A stretch of DNA of 64,000 nucleotides, from NCBI GenBank assembly GCA_013265495.1, contig MU059546.1, forward strand, positions 372,001 to 436,000. Reading direction: 5' to 3'. Source of the stretch: Vicugna vicugna. Taxonomy: Eukaryota. How positions within the stretch are numbered: position 1 is the first letter of the stretch; each line of letters begins with the position of its first letter. A program made the translations under genes and the position numbers. The notes under the pieces were generated by a model. The model was not told the DNA's origin, did not search any database, and worked only from the letters and a program-made list of their open reading frames with translations. Below, piece after piece: positions 1-15,055 of this stretch.

Positions 1-679
1 CAGCCTTCCTTGGCCCTGGGGTCTCTGCCCTGGGCTCCAGGACCCGACCCCGCAACCCCGCAACCCCGCAACGGAGAGGGATGTCTCGGTGCACGCTCCC
101 TGCCCCCACTAGGGACACTGAGTGCCCTTGTCCCAGAGCCTGTCTCAAAGACGGCCCTTTATGCAACTTTCCACCGGAGGATCGAGGACTGCAGGGGACA
201 GTGAGGGGACGGCAGAGAACAGAGGGCTCTGGAGGGCGATTCAGCTGGCGCTTGAAAACGGAGAGAAAGTGACCGGTGGCAGAGGAGCAGGGAACAGGGA
301 GGCTGGTGTCTCTGCCCCCCATGTGCAGCCCTGCCGGCCTCGATGAGACCCTGACCCTGACTGCAGGGCTGACCAGGAGCTACAGGACCCTGGAGCCCTA
401 TCTCCCATGCGACCCCCGGCCCACTCCAGCCTTCCAGACCCCAGATGGCCCAGAGCCTCCGGTGATGTCCGGGACGTGGTCAGTCACCAGCAAACTTTTC
501 TCGCTCGACTAATGGGGGCATCTGCTGCTCCCCAGATCACACTCCACGCCTGACACTGAGGAGGCCTGCAGGCAGGCGGGTGGGGCACCTCGGCCGGGCG
601 TGGCAGGCTGGGCACAAGGCCACCTGGGTCCCTGCCCCAGCTCTCCTCCCCTCGCCATGACCTTGAGCCAGCTGCTCAG

Positions 680-712
680 CCCCTCTGAGCCTCAGTTTCC
701 TCATCTGCGCCA
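680..712. mobile_element. MIR SINE core fragment
   Basis: GAGCCTCAGTTTCCTCATCTG is the diagnostic MIR core. Confidence 0.55.
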
Positions 713-1345
713 GGAGGGCAAGAGAGGGTACCACCTGATCAAGACTCCCGGGACTGACCCCCAGCCTCCTCGGTACCTCAGTCTCCCCTTCCCTACAAAG
801 CAGGGACCAGGGATCCTCTGGAGTGAACGTGGAGACCAGTCTGTAGGGAGGTACATTCCAACTTCCCCAAGTTCATCTGGGGACCTACCGGGAGAACGAT
901 CCCGTGGACCCCTCCCTGGCAGTGCCACAGTCCCCCACCTCCAGGCGCAGCTCAGTAATAAGGTTCTGGGAAATCCCTACCAACTCTAAAGCCAGCAGGG
1001 ATCCCTGGAGAGGCTCGAGGATGGGGTCCCCCAATTCCAGGCTGCACGACTTCTGAGGGTGCCAGATGGGATCCCCAAACTCTGGGGCCGGCAGAGCTCT
1101 GGGGCGTGCAGGGCGCCGAGTCTCCCAAATCGCAGGCAGCGGGGTGCCCTGGGGGGAGATGCGCGCGGAGCGCGAGTCTCCCAAACTCCGGGGGCTGGAA
1201 CTCCCTGGGGGCTCCCGTGGGCAGCGGGCGCCCCCAGTCCGGGGGCTGCGCGTAGGAGCGCCTGGAGCTCGGGGCGGGAGGCCAGGCTGGGATGGGGGCG
1301 TCCGGGGTCTCCCGACGCCCAGTCCCCACCCGTGGCCACGCTCAC

Positions 1346-1565
1346 CTGGNNNNNNNNNNNNNNNNNNNNNNNNNNNNNNNNNNNNNNNNNNNNNNNNNNN
1401 NNNNNNNNNNNNNNNNNNNNNNNNNNNNNNNNNNNNNNNNNNNNNNNNNNNNNNNNNNNNNNNNNNNNNNNNNNNNNNNNNNNNNNNNNNNNNNNNNNNN
1501 NNNNNNNNNNNNNNNNNNNNNNNNCCTGCCAGCCGTCTCCGCCTCCTCTGCCGCCGCCGAGCGGG
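1346..1565 (-). CDS. EFNA2: Ephrin-A2 exon 1 (5'UTR plus signal-peptide coding part; coding part almost entirely inside the N gap); intron 1 runs off the left edge
   Basis: Minus-strand donor CCAG|GTGAGC at 1346/1345 fits the recalled EFNA2 exon 1 end (NPR, split codon AG|). 1525-1565 reads as a GGC-rich 5'UTR resembling EFNA2. The 175-N gap is about the size expected for the missing UTR plus ~140 nt of CDS. Synteny with FAM174C. Only 4 coding nt are visible. Confidence 0.7.
1350..1524. other. Assembly gap (175 N)
   Basis: Run of N. Confidence 1.
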
Positions 1566-4500
1566 CGGGCGCAGGGCGGGCGGGAGGAGGGCGCGCCGGC
1601 GCTTGGAGATCCCCGGCCGCCCCCGCCTGGGCGCGCGCGACCTCGGGCGCCGAGAAGTCAGGCGGGGGCGGGGGGGGCGCCGGGGTGGCCCCGGGCGCCG
1701 GCCCGGCGGCGCAGACTCTGAGAGCGCGGGCCGTCGCCGCCGCACCGGCCGGGGAGGAGCCGGGGCTCCGGCCTTTGTCCCGCCCGAGCGCCGGGAGGGC
1801 CGCGGGCGCCCCCTCCTGCCGTGCCCCGGCCACGCGGGGACTGGGCGGGGGGCTCCAGCCCCAGCCGCGTTTCCACCGCCCCACCCCCGCCCCAGCCCAA
1901 GAGTCACGGACGCATCCTGGGGGTCAGGCTGCCCGTGTCCCCAGGGTCCTGCCCCAGGCACCCCAACTCTGCAGAGCCCTGCGTCCACCTCCGCCATCAC
2001 ACGGGCTCAGCCCAGGGTCGCTGAGTTCCTCTCAGTCACCTTCATTCTAGCCACCAAGCTAATCTGCAGAGCCTGGCCCCACGGGTGGAGCAGCAGGCAC
2101 AGAGATAGCTCACCCCTAGCTTGCCTCCCTTATTCGAACCCAGACCCCCAAATCCTAGGCCAGGCGGCGCCAACTCCGTGCCACCCTATCCAGCCTGATG
2201 GAGACTTTGCAGTCTGGTCGACCCAAGTCCAAAACCTGCTGCCTCCAGGGAGGACCTCAGGGCACTGGCCTCTGAGCCTCTGGTTCCTCCTCTGGTCCCT
2301 AAGGGTGCCTGGTAGTGAGCAGGCTCCTGTACTCCTGGCGGCCCAGAGGGGTGTCCAGGCCCGCAGCACATGGGAGCGCAGGGAGCCTGACGGGGGCAGA
2401 GGACAGAAGGATGCTGAGGAGAGAGCCCAGCTCCACCCAAGGGCCAGAGCCCCTGACTGGTCGAGGGGACTCAAAGCAGTCACTCCTGGGGCAGGGGTGG
2501 CGCGGCCTGTGGGCAAGGACCTGGAGCCTGTCCTTCATTCCTGTCTTTATTCATGCCCTAGTCTCCCCAACCAGACTCTGAGTTGGTGGAGGTACACTGT
2601 CACCAAGTGCTGGCTGCAAAAGGGCAGTGGTGCCAGCCAGACTCCACCTGTCTGGGTTTGTGTCCCTCTCCCAGGCCTGGCGCAGGGTCTGGGGGCCAAG
2701 AGCTGGAAGGTCCCAGGGTGAGGGATCATCGGAACTCCTTGCAGGAACCTAGAGAGGCCAGAGACTGACAAATCAAGCTTTGCCCCAGCCAGGCAGGGAT
2801 GGCAGACGGACCCATCCCAGCCACATAGTGCCGCCACCTCCGCTGTGAGCGTGTGTCGCCTGTTCCGAGCTTCTTCCTCCCCACACTTCCCCGCCTTTGC
2901 TTGGGCTGCACCCTGCCTGGGAGCCCTTCCCCTTCTCTTCCCAGTCAAGTTCTCCTTCAAGGCATGGCCTCCCTGTGCCTCTGCCACCCCTCCCAAGGCT
3001 TGCTGTCCTCTGCCCTCCGCCCTCCAAGGGACTCAGCACATCTGCTTTGGGTGCCTGGCTTCTGGGTCTTGTCCTCTAACCTCAGGCGCCCAAATTTGAA
3101 GTCCCAGGGCTGGCCCAGGAGGCCCACAGAGGGCCAGAACTGGCCCAGGGTCACCTGGCAAGGCCTTCAAACAGAAAGCTGCTGAAGTGAAGGCTTGGGG
3201 TCCAGCAATACAGGCCAGGCTCGGCCCCGGCTGGCTGGCTGGCTCTTTGGGGAGAGATGGGGAGGCTACTCCTGGACTGGTGTCCTCCAAGCAGAGGCGT
3301 GGGATTCAAGCGCGGGAAGAGGGGCTGAGAGCCCCAGGAGCCAGGCCTGGCCCAGCCTGGTGTCCTGACCCACAAAGGGGGTCTCCTGTGCTCTCTCTGC
3401 CCTCAGACACCCTCCCACGTCATGGGACCTCACAGGTGGGTGGGGGTCTCCTCTGCCACACCTGGCAGGACTGAGACTTGGGCAGGTAGGGAGCCAGAAG
3501 GGCATATGGGGCAAGTGGAGGCCCCAGCAAAGGCCTGGATGGGTCGGCTCATTTGCATGCAGGGGCCACCGAGGCGAGAGCCGCTGCCGCTGCGCGGATT
3601 TGAGCAGAAGCTCCGTTTTCCTTCTGTTCTTGTCTCTCTCTCAAGGTCAGAGCCGGAGCAGGGACAGGAACAAAGGCGCACGTCCCCCATTCAACCTCCC
3701 TACACCCGCCGGCCGCTCCCAGAGGAGGGGTCCCTGGGAGGGGAGGGCAGGTTGGCAACGCGGCCTGGCCCAGGGCATGGCGGGAGTGGGGATGTAGGAC
3801 CAGCTGCCCAGCTGCCCTTGGGGACCCCCTCCTGGTGGGGCAGCTGGGGAGCCCTAGAGGCTCTGTCCCTTCGCAGAACTGGCTGTCCTGGTTTCCAGGC
3901 TCGGCCAGCAAAGGTCAGGGGTCTTTCTGGCGTAAGCTTCTACTGGAGTCAGGGGTCAAAGGTCAGGTTTACTTTGGGGACAGGGGTCAGTCTTGGTTTC
4001 AAGGCTCACTCAGGGTCAACTGTCAGTCCCAGGCCCAGACCCAGGACAGGGTCCCTGGTGGGGGTCTGTCCTCGTCCACCATGGTCTGCATTCCTGGGCT
4101 CAAGGGTCTGCCCCAGACGTGAGGACCTGCCCCTAGCCTGAGCCCAGCACCCCTGGCCTAGTACCTATGGCCTCCCGCCCACTGACTGCTGACCCAGCAC
4201 CCAGAACCCCATGCCCGCCAACCCCCATCACCCATCACCCGCTGCCGGCCGCCCCAGCCCACAAAGTGAACCCCCAGGGCTGGGGATCATCGTCTAGCAC
4301 CCCTCAACCTTCAAAGGCCATAGCACCTTGGAGGAAGCTAAAAATATGCTGGGAGAAATTTCTCATATGACAGAAAAAATTGGACCAAACCCAGTCTGCT
4401 GTGGCCCCAGCCTTCCTCAGGAGGCGGGCACGGGGCCTTGGCGGGTCTGGGGCTGCACCGAGCCCGGTCAGAGTGCGGCCTGGGGTGAGTCCCCACCAGG

Positions 4501-7367
4501 AGTGGGGAGCATCTGCAGTAGCCTGGCTGGCACCTGGGGGGGGATCTCAAGGAGAGACACCCAGGCCGTCACTGAGAATAAACAAATGGGTCCCTCTCTT
4601 AACGATAAATTAAAATTCTCACTCTTGTATTCAGGATCCAGTGTCCAGTCAGGCCCCGTAACCTCAGCCCGGACCTAAGATTCCTGCTACTTCCACTGCC
4701 AGGCCAGAGCTAGGCCAACCAGGTGCCGTCCCTGAAATTTCCCATCCCCTCCTCCCAGTCCTTCTCCGCATCTCCTGCCTTCTTCCTCCTCCCCAGCCTC
4801 CTCCCTTCTTCCTTCCCACCCTCCCTCCTCCATCCTCGCTTTCCAAGCTCCCAGCCCCAGGGCCTGGACACGGACCCCTCCTCCCATGGCAACCTGCCAG
4901 CCTAGGATCTGGACCACTACTGTCCAAAAGAACTTCCTGAGCGGATGGAAACATTCCCCATCCACACTGTCCCACACGGGCACCAGCACCAGCTCCACGT
5001 GGCTACTGGGCATGTAAAACGGGGCCAGTGCAACCAGGAACAGGGCTTTAGATTTCACTTGTCTTTAGTTGACGTAAAGGCAAATAGCTAGTCACGGTCA
5101 CCGTGCTGAGTGGCACTGGTCACGGTCACTGCACTGGGCAACACAGTTCTGGGACCTACTTGGAGCCACGTCTGGGGGTGCAGCTGGACAGCCACACTGG
5201 TCTAGGACCAGGACGTTGAGGGCTGTGTGGAAGGAGGTGGTGACTCAGACTGCTCAGAGAGGATGAGATGGGGTGCCAGGGGGCTGAGTCCTCAGCAGGG
5301 ACGGGGGAATCAGGGGGTGGATCCTGGGGACCCCAGGGAGGGCACAGCTCCCTAGCTTGCTGACGCCAGGTGAGGAGGAGGTGGTCCTGCTGGGTGCTGG
5401 GGCCACATCTGAGACTACATTAGAGCCGGCAGAGGAGCCTGGCAGCTCCACTGAAGACACTTCACCTTGGCCACTGCCACCAGCCCAAAGTAGCCCCCAC
5501 GAGTTGCCCCTTAGGGAGCCCAAGGTGTCCAGCTCATCCGTCCCCACCTGGCCCCATTCCCCAGAAGAACTGAGGCTGGGGACAGGATCCTGTCTGAACC
5601 ACACGGCAAGCCACCCAGGAGCCAGCCTGTCACCGTCCCCCCACCCCGGTCTGGTTTGCTGAGCACCCCGTGGGCTTTCCCGGGTGGGGCGGGGAACGGA
5701 GGTGGTGGGAAGCGCCTCGAGGGCCCAGGGCTGTGGGTCCACGCGCCCCTACCCTGCACAGGCTTGGGACCCGTGGCAGGCACGTTTGTGTCAGCCTGTC
5801 TGTCCTGTGTCCACCCCGCCTGTGATGGCTTGTGTCGTGTCCTTGCTACCACGACTTGTGCCTGTGCCCATATGTGAGTGCGTGAGGTGGAGGAAGGTGC
5901 TGGTAACCCCTGCCGGGCTCGCATGCACACGCACACGTACACGAACACGTGGCCCTCAAGCCAGTCGGGACCCGGGGCCTTTCATCTCATGTTGACAGGC
6001 CCCTCTCCCGGCTTTTAGCCGTGGAGAACTTCCTGCTAATAGTGCATTAACCTTGGCGGGGGCTGCCAATTACCCGACACTAATGCCGGGGGTGCGGGTG
6101 AGCGCGCTGACGGCCGCTGACAGGCGCAGGGGCCGGGAAGCGGGCGGGGCGCCCCTCCCCACCCGCGGGGGGCGGGCAGGAGGCGCCAGGCTGCAGGGGC
6201 ACGCAGTGCGTTCCCGGCTCCGGATGGCAGAGCGCAGGGTCTCTCCTGACCTCATTAGAGTAATTAATGTGCCTTTTGAAGCTTGAGAAATCGCTCAGAG
6301 CTGTGGGAAAGGGGCGCAGATCACAGGGTGGGGGGACCGTGGACGGTGTCTGCGCGCCTGTTAAAAAGCGTGTCCCAGTGGGGCAGACACGCAGAGAGAT
6401 GAAGTGACAGAGGGACAGACAGAAACAGAAGGCGACTGAAAGAGGCAGTGCAGACGGAGAGAGACAGAGGCAAGGAGGGCTTCAGAGTCAGATAAAGACA
6501 GACACACGTTGAGAGAGACCCACAGAGGAACAGATGGGGAGAGAGCACCAGAGCCTGAAGGGCGGGGGGGTGAAGTCTTGGGGCCTCTCAGGGGCTCTGG
6601 CCTTACTTCCTCAAACTTCCAAGGACCTGCTGGCTGGCCTTTCAGTGCAGGACCCTCCCAAAGAACCAGGGTCAGGGAAGGAGCATCAGGGAGGACTTCT
6701 TAGAGGTGGCAGCTGGGCATCAGTAAGGGGGGAGGAAGTGCGTGCAGACTTGGAGCGGGATGGTGCTGGGGTTGCCAATAGAGATGCCCAATGAAGCTGA
6801 CCAGAGACCAGCGCAGAGGATCCCGGCTGGAGAGAGGGGTGACCAGCTGACCGTGATGGAGACAGCTCCTCTACACCCTGGTGGCAGGGAGGGATCGAGG
6901 ACTGGGCTGTGCAGGGAGGGTCAGCAGGACTCCAAGGTAGATGGCCCCGGGGGCTGATGGACCTCGAGTGGGCGGCAGGCTGGGATCATCCACGGTGGTC
7001 ATGAGGACAAGGTGGGGCTCAGAACGTCTTAAAAATGGGGCTCCAGCTGGACCTATTTCCTCACCTGTGCAATGATTTAGCTCAGGCCACACCTGGGACC
7101 ACAGGCCAGCAGGATAGAGGCCAGGTGGCACAAGGCTGCCACCTGGTGGCAGCTCCTAGTAACAGCTCCTCCTACTTAACGGGCTCTTGGTGGCTCCAGC
7201 CAGTGGCCTGGCGTAGACCTCAGGCTATGGGCAGCCAATGCCAGCCCCTCCTCTCCTATTTTCCAGGATCAAACTTACAGCGGGTGGGAGTGGAGAGGAA
7301 AAGGCCAGAGCTGGACTCTGCCTGAGAGACAAGGCCTGCAGAACTCATCACGCAAGCTCCTTAAGAG

Positions 7368-7645
7368 GGATGGGGACGAGGTGGCCTGGATGAAAGCTGA
7401 GGTATCCTGATGAGACTCAAGGACCCAGGATGGGGAGTCAGGTACCCTAATGAGGGTCAGGTGCCTGGGATGGAGCTCAGGTGCTCAGGATGGGGACTGG
7501 GTGCCTGCGATGAGTGTTGGGTTGCCCCAATGGGATTCAGGTGCCTGAATGGCGTTCAGGTGCTTGGGATGGATTTCAGGTGGCCAGGATGGAGACCTGA
7601 ACACCAGTACAGGTCTCAGGTGCCCTGGATGGGGGATCAAGTTCA
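7368..7645. repeat. Degenerate ~19-20 bp tandem repeat, roughly 12-14 units (consensus near GGATGGRGNTCAGGTGCCTG)
   Basis: Recurring GGATGG...TCAGGTGC units seen by eye. Confidence 0.7.
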
Positions 7646-8142
7646 TCAGTGATTGCACAGGAGGCTGAAAGGGGAGAGGCAGGGTCAGCACAGGGGCTCT
7701 CAGTCTGCAGGCAGCTCCAGATGTGTGCACTACAGCCTGAGGCTCCTTGGGAAACGCCCCCTCAGCTGTAGTGTGCGTGGTAAGGCAGGGATCCCAGAGG
7801 GCACAGCCCCTGACGGCCCCCAGGCTGCAGGAAGCATGGAGTGGGTGGCCCCTTGAGCAGGGGCTTTGATGGATGAAGAGTTGTTCTCTCTAGGCCCAGA
7901 GGCAATGACTGGCAAGGCCTTTTTCCAGGCAAGTGGGTGTAGGTCTCCCCCATCTCTCCGTCCACTTCCTGGGATTCCTCACCGGACCCTCTGGACAACT
8001 GGGCATGGGGCCAGGTGGTCACAGGTGAGAAAAATGAGGCCCACAGGGAGCCCAGGTCTGCTGCCCACCCCTCACCCAGGAGTCAGGACACTGGATCTGG
8101 CCCACTGCGGAGTGGGGTATCAGCTACAGAAGCACTGCTGCC

Positions 8143-8148
8143 TTTATT
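8143..8148 (-). terminator. FAM174C poly(A) signal AATAAA
   Basis: TTTATT on + strand about 320 nt downstream of the exon 3 acceptor. Confidence 0.75.
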
Positions 8149-8460
8149 GTCCCCAGCCGGGGGTGAGGTGCTCCCAGGGCTACCAAGCCTCAGTGGAAAG
8201 GGCAATCGGCACCAGTCACAATCTGGCCCGGCGATCTCAAGAGTCCAGGGTGGGGCTGCCAGGGCCCCTCTTGCTTACACCCAGGATCCCGGGCGGTCTC
8301 ATCTCGCTGGAGGGCCAAAGCAGCTTCGGGAGGGCCGGGCAGGTCCCACACAAGCTCTCTGGGCCGGCAGAAGCGGTGGGGTGTTCCCAGCACTGCGAGT
8401 AGGCCCTGTCTCTTATCCTTCCCCCGGGGCCACTGGAAATGCCGCTTCCTGGCCTGAATA

Positions 8461-10780
<2,320 letters not shown>

Positions 10781-11454
10781 GTGCCCCGCCCCCCGCGCGC
10801 CCAGCCGCGGGCGGGTCACAAGAGCCGGGCTCCCCGCTGCAAGCAGCCGCCGCTTCCCGCTGAATGCCCCCGCCCCACGGGAACGCCCAAAGGTGGCGGA
10901 GGTCGCGAGGGAGGAGCGGGCACGACCGTGCCCTGCAACCGCCCTCCTCCCTGGGCCCTGGGAACTCTTGTGGTCCCGCCCCCACTCGCCCTGGGCTGCG
11001 GGGACACCAGCACCGTGGCCCGCTGCCTCTGCCCCTCCCTGAGGGCCATCTCATGGCCCTGCTAGGACTGGAGGTAATGGGCCCAGAGCTCAACCCCACG
11101 CTGTGCACCCCAAGACCAGGGCAGGAAGCGACGAACCTGGGAAGCAAGGTCGGCTCCGTGGGCGGCAAAGAGGAAGGTGCTGGGGGATCACTCGGCCAAG
11201 AGCTCGGCCTGGACCCTGGGAGAGACATGTGCTCAACTCGGATGGGGGGGGTCTGGGGACCACCTCTTCCTCAGCTCAGGCTGACCATGTCCCTCAGACC
11301 CCCAAGGGGGCAATGAAGTGACCACCTGGCCTTCCTGGTTTGCATCCAGCTCAAGCCCTGAACAAGGCCGGAAGAGCCTTTCTCCAGGGATTCTCCCCCC
11401 TGTCCCCCTCCCCCCGCCTCCACAGCCTCACCCTACACCAGACTCAAGAATACT

Positions 11455-11899
11455 GGGTGGACACACCATCCCTTTATTTAAATGCGACTTCCACATTTGT
11501 CTTGTTACACTCAAGGGTGGGCGAAGACTGGCCACCATGAGAGCACCATACACCCGTCTTCCTGGAGCACCTTGAAGCCCCGCACCCCAACCTTGCCAGT
11601 GAAGCACCTGCTGGAAAGAGGAGAGATGAAGGGAGAAAAGGAGGGTTGGCTCCAGCGGGAGGCACACACCTGCCCCCACCAGGGGCACAGCGGGGCAGGC
11701 AGCCAGGAGAGAACCCACCACAAGGGCCAGGTACCGCCAGGGCCCAAGGGCCACACGAGCACTTACAGGGGTCAGGCCGCAAGGGCAGGCAGCTGAGCCT
11801 CCAGCTCTCGCTCCCAGGTGACATCCCTCCTGGGACAGTGACCCTAGGTCATTGCTGCTCTTGGGCCACCCTTCTGAGTTGCACCAGTTTCTGTTCAAC
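11455..11899 (-). other. CIRBP: Candidate distal non-coding terminal exon of CIRBP
   Basis: Acceptor GTTAACGCTCCTCTGCTTTGGCAG|G at 11900/11899; AATAAA at 11473-11478 (minus). Confidence 0.55.
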
Positions 11900-13112
11900 C
11901 TGCCAAAGCAGAGGAGCGTTAACCCCGACACCCTTGCTGAGCTCACAGCTGCCCCTCCCCATCTCCCCCAACACCGGCCACAGCTCCTAGGAGGGTCTCA
12001 AGCTAGTCACTGGAGCCAACCCGAGAGCCCCTGCCACAGGCCAGCGTGGGCCTGTGCCTTTCAGATGGGCCAGCCACCTTTCCACTCTTAAGCAGGGCCA
12101 GCTACCACTCAGGATGGAGCTGCTCAGAACTGGTGTGGGCACTGAGGGAAAACTCATGGAGGCAACAGACATGAGAGAGCTAGTCAGGAGTGGGACTTAA
12201 AGAGGTCTGGAAAAGACGATCAATTGACAATTGACGAACAAAAAAATTCAAAAGACAAGGTGTTCATTAGGTGGTCTGCAACCCTGCTTACAGATCGAAC
12301 CTACTGGAGAGGCACAACTTCCCGGACCGTTCGCCTGGCCACAGGTGGGGGAGGGCGAACGGCTGGGAATGCCTTTAGCTCTAGCTCGATATAAAAAAAA
12401 AAGAAAAAAAGGAAAATGGAAAAGCAAAAAACAGTCAAAGGAACATTCCCCGGGTACGTGACTTTCAAATGAGCTCTCGACAGGAGGGATGCGGACGAGC
12501 AAAAGGAGTTACCTCGAGTTACAGGACTATCTCCACAAATGAGCTAGCCCAGGGAGCAGCTTGCATCTCAGAGGTTTCTGTTGGGCGCACAACACTTCTG
12601 TCCTCCGAGGGGCTGCAGCTTCCATAGGCTAGCAGAGAACGCTTGGAACTTGTAAAGCAACAGTAAAGCTAGCTAATGAGCCAGTCGGTCAGTCCGTGGT
12701 CACCCAGGGACACTGCCTGCGTCTGCTCTCCAGCCTGCTTCTAGACTGAGGTGCTCTGGGTCAGCGTCAGGCGCCCCCATGTCCACCATCCCTGCTAAGC
12801 TGCCCACCCCATCGAGCCCTCCAGCTGCCACTGCCAGAAGCCTCCCGGGGCTGCCCTGGCGTCCGAGCAGCCCGCTCCCGTTACCCACCTGCTCACCTAA
12901 CTGGAGCGGGTGGCAGTCTGCTGTCACGGGGGCCCGGCCAGGGGCACTGACTCTGCCTTCCCTGTCTAGCTCTTGGCAGCCTCAGGCGGGACCGGCAGGC
13001 CTAGTCCTCAAGCTGCCCTCTCTGTTCAGGCCTGCCTGCCTTGAGCCCGCAGCAGGGAGCGTGTTGTGTAATCAAAGGGAGATGGTCAGAGCGAGGTTCA
13101 TTCAGATGGTCT

Positions 13113-13118
13113 TTTAAT
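13113..13118 (-). terminator. CIRBP proximal poly(A) signal ATTAAA
   Basis: TTTAAT on + strand about 720 nt after the stop codon. Confidence 0.7.
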
Positions 13119-13833
13119 CGGCTTCGTGAAGCCAAAGAGAATTGCGTACAAGAATTCCTCAACCACTTCAAATACAACACGGATGGGATATGCATACGTC
13201 TTCCAGTAAAAAGGACGGTATAAATAAACGTTTTCAAGAACCTCTCGGAGACGTCTGCAAGTCTACCGTGGGTCACACAGCACAGGTGGGCACACGGGCC
13301 GGGCCGAGCTGCCCGGCTCTGCCACTGCCACCGGGACGGTCCTACCACCCACACTCAGAAACGTGACACGCAGTTGGAAAAAAGCCACAGCGTGCTCAGC
13401 TTCTGACAGAGTGGATTCACAGTCGGATCTCTCTCAAAGAGAAGTGACTTGGGGCACCCACTTCATGGGGCCGACCAACCAAAAAGAGAAACAAGGCAAC
13501 GAATCAAAAACAGCAAAACCCACACAACCCCTGATGACTTTCTAAAACTCACGGCTCGTGGTAAAAAGGTGAAAGTGAGATCTGGAGTGCTTTTCAAAAC
13601 GTTTTGCAAACCTTTAAAAACAGACAACGCCTCCTTAAAAAGAAAAGTGTAGTGATGAGGCCATGGGGGGGGGTCAGAAGCAGTCAGGCTGTGTTCGACA
13701 AGATCGGAACTGATTAAGACTACAGAAGTGGGGACAAGGAGGTGTGTTCACTACACCATTAACGATTCAGCGCAGCTCCCACAATCTTTAAATATACAGC
13801 CATTGGAAGGACGATCTTGAGCAGGAAGGATTT

Positions 13834-15055
<1,222 letters not shown>

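Larger units (their letters stand above)
1100..1920. promoter_or_regulatory. CpG island / EFNA2 promoter
   Basis: Very high GC and CpG density with multiple GGGCGG boxes around exon 1. Confidence 0.75.

Noticed and set aside
885-2721. Long ORFs (551, 371, 252 aa) over the EFNA2 CpG island
   Set aside because: They span the N gap, are Gly/Pro/Arg/Ala-rich and reflect stop-codon scarcity at high GC; no recognisable domain.
5357-5662. 101-aa Ser/Pro/Glu-rich ORF
   Set aside because: Non-ATG start in the track, no splice or promoter support, low complexity.
7368-7645. Regularly spaced repeats as a CRISPR-like array
   Set aside because: Units are contiguous and degenerate with no unique spacers; mammalian context.
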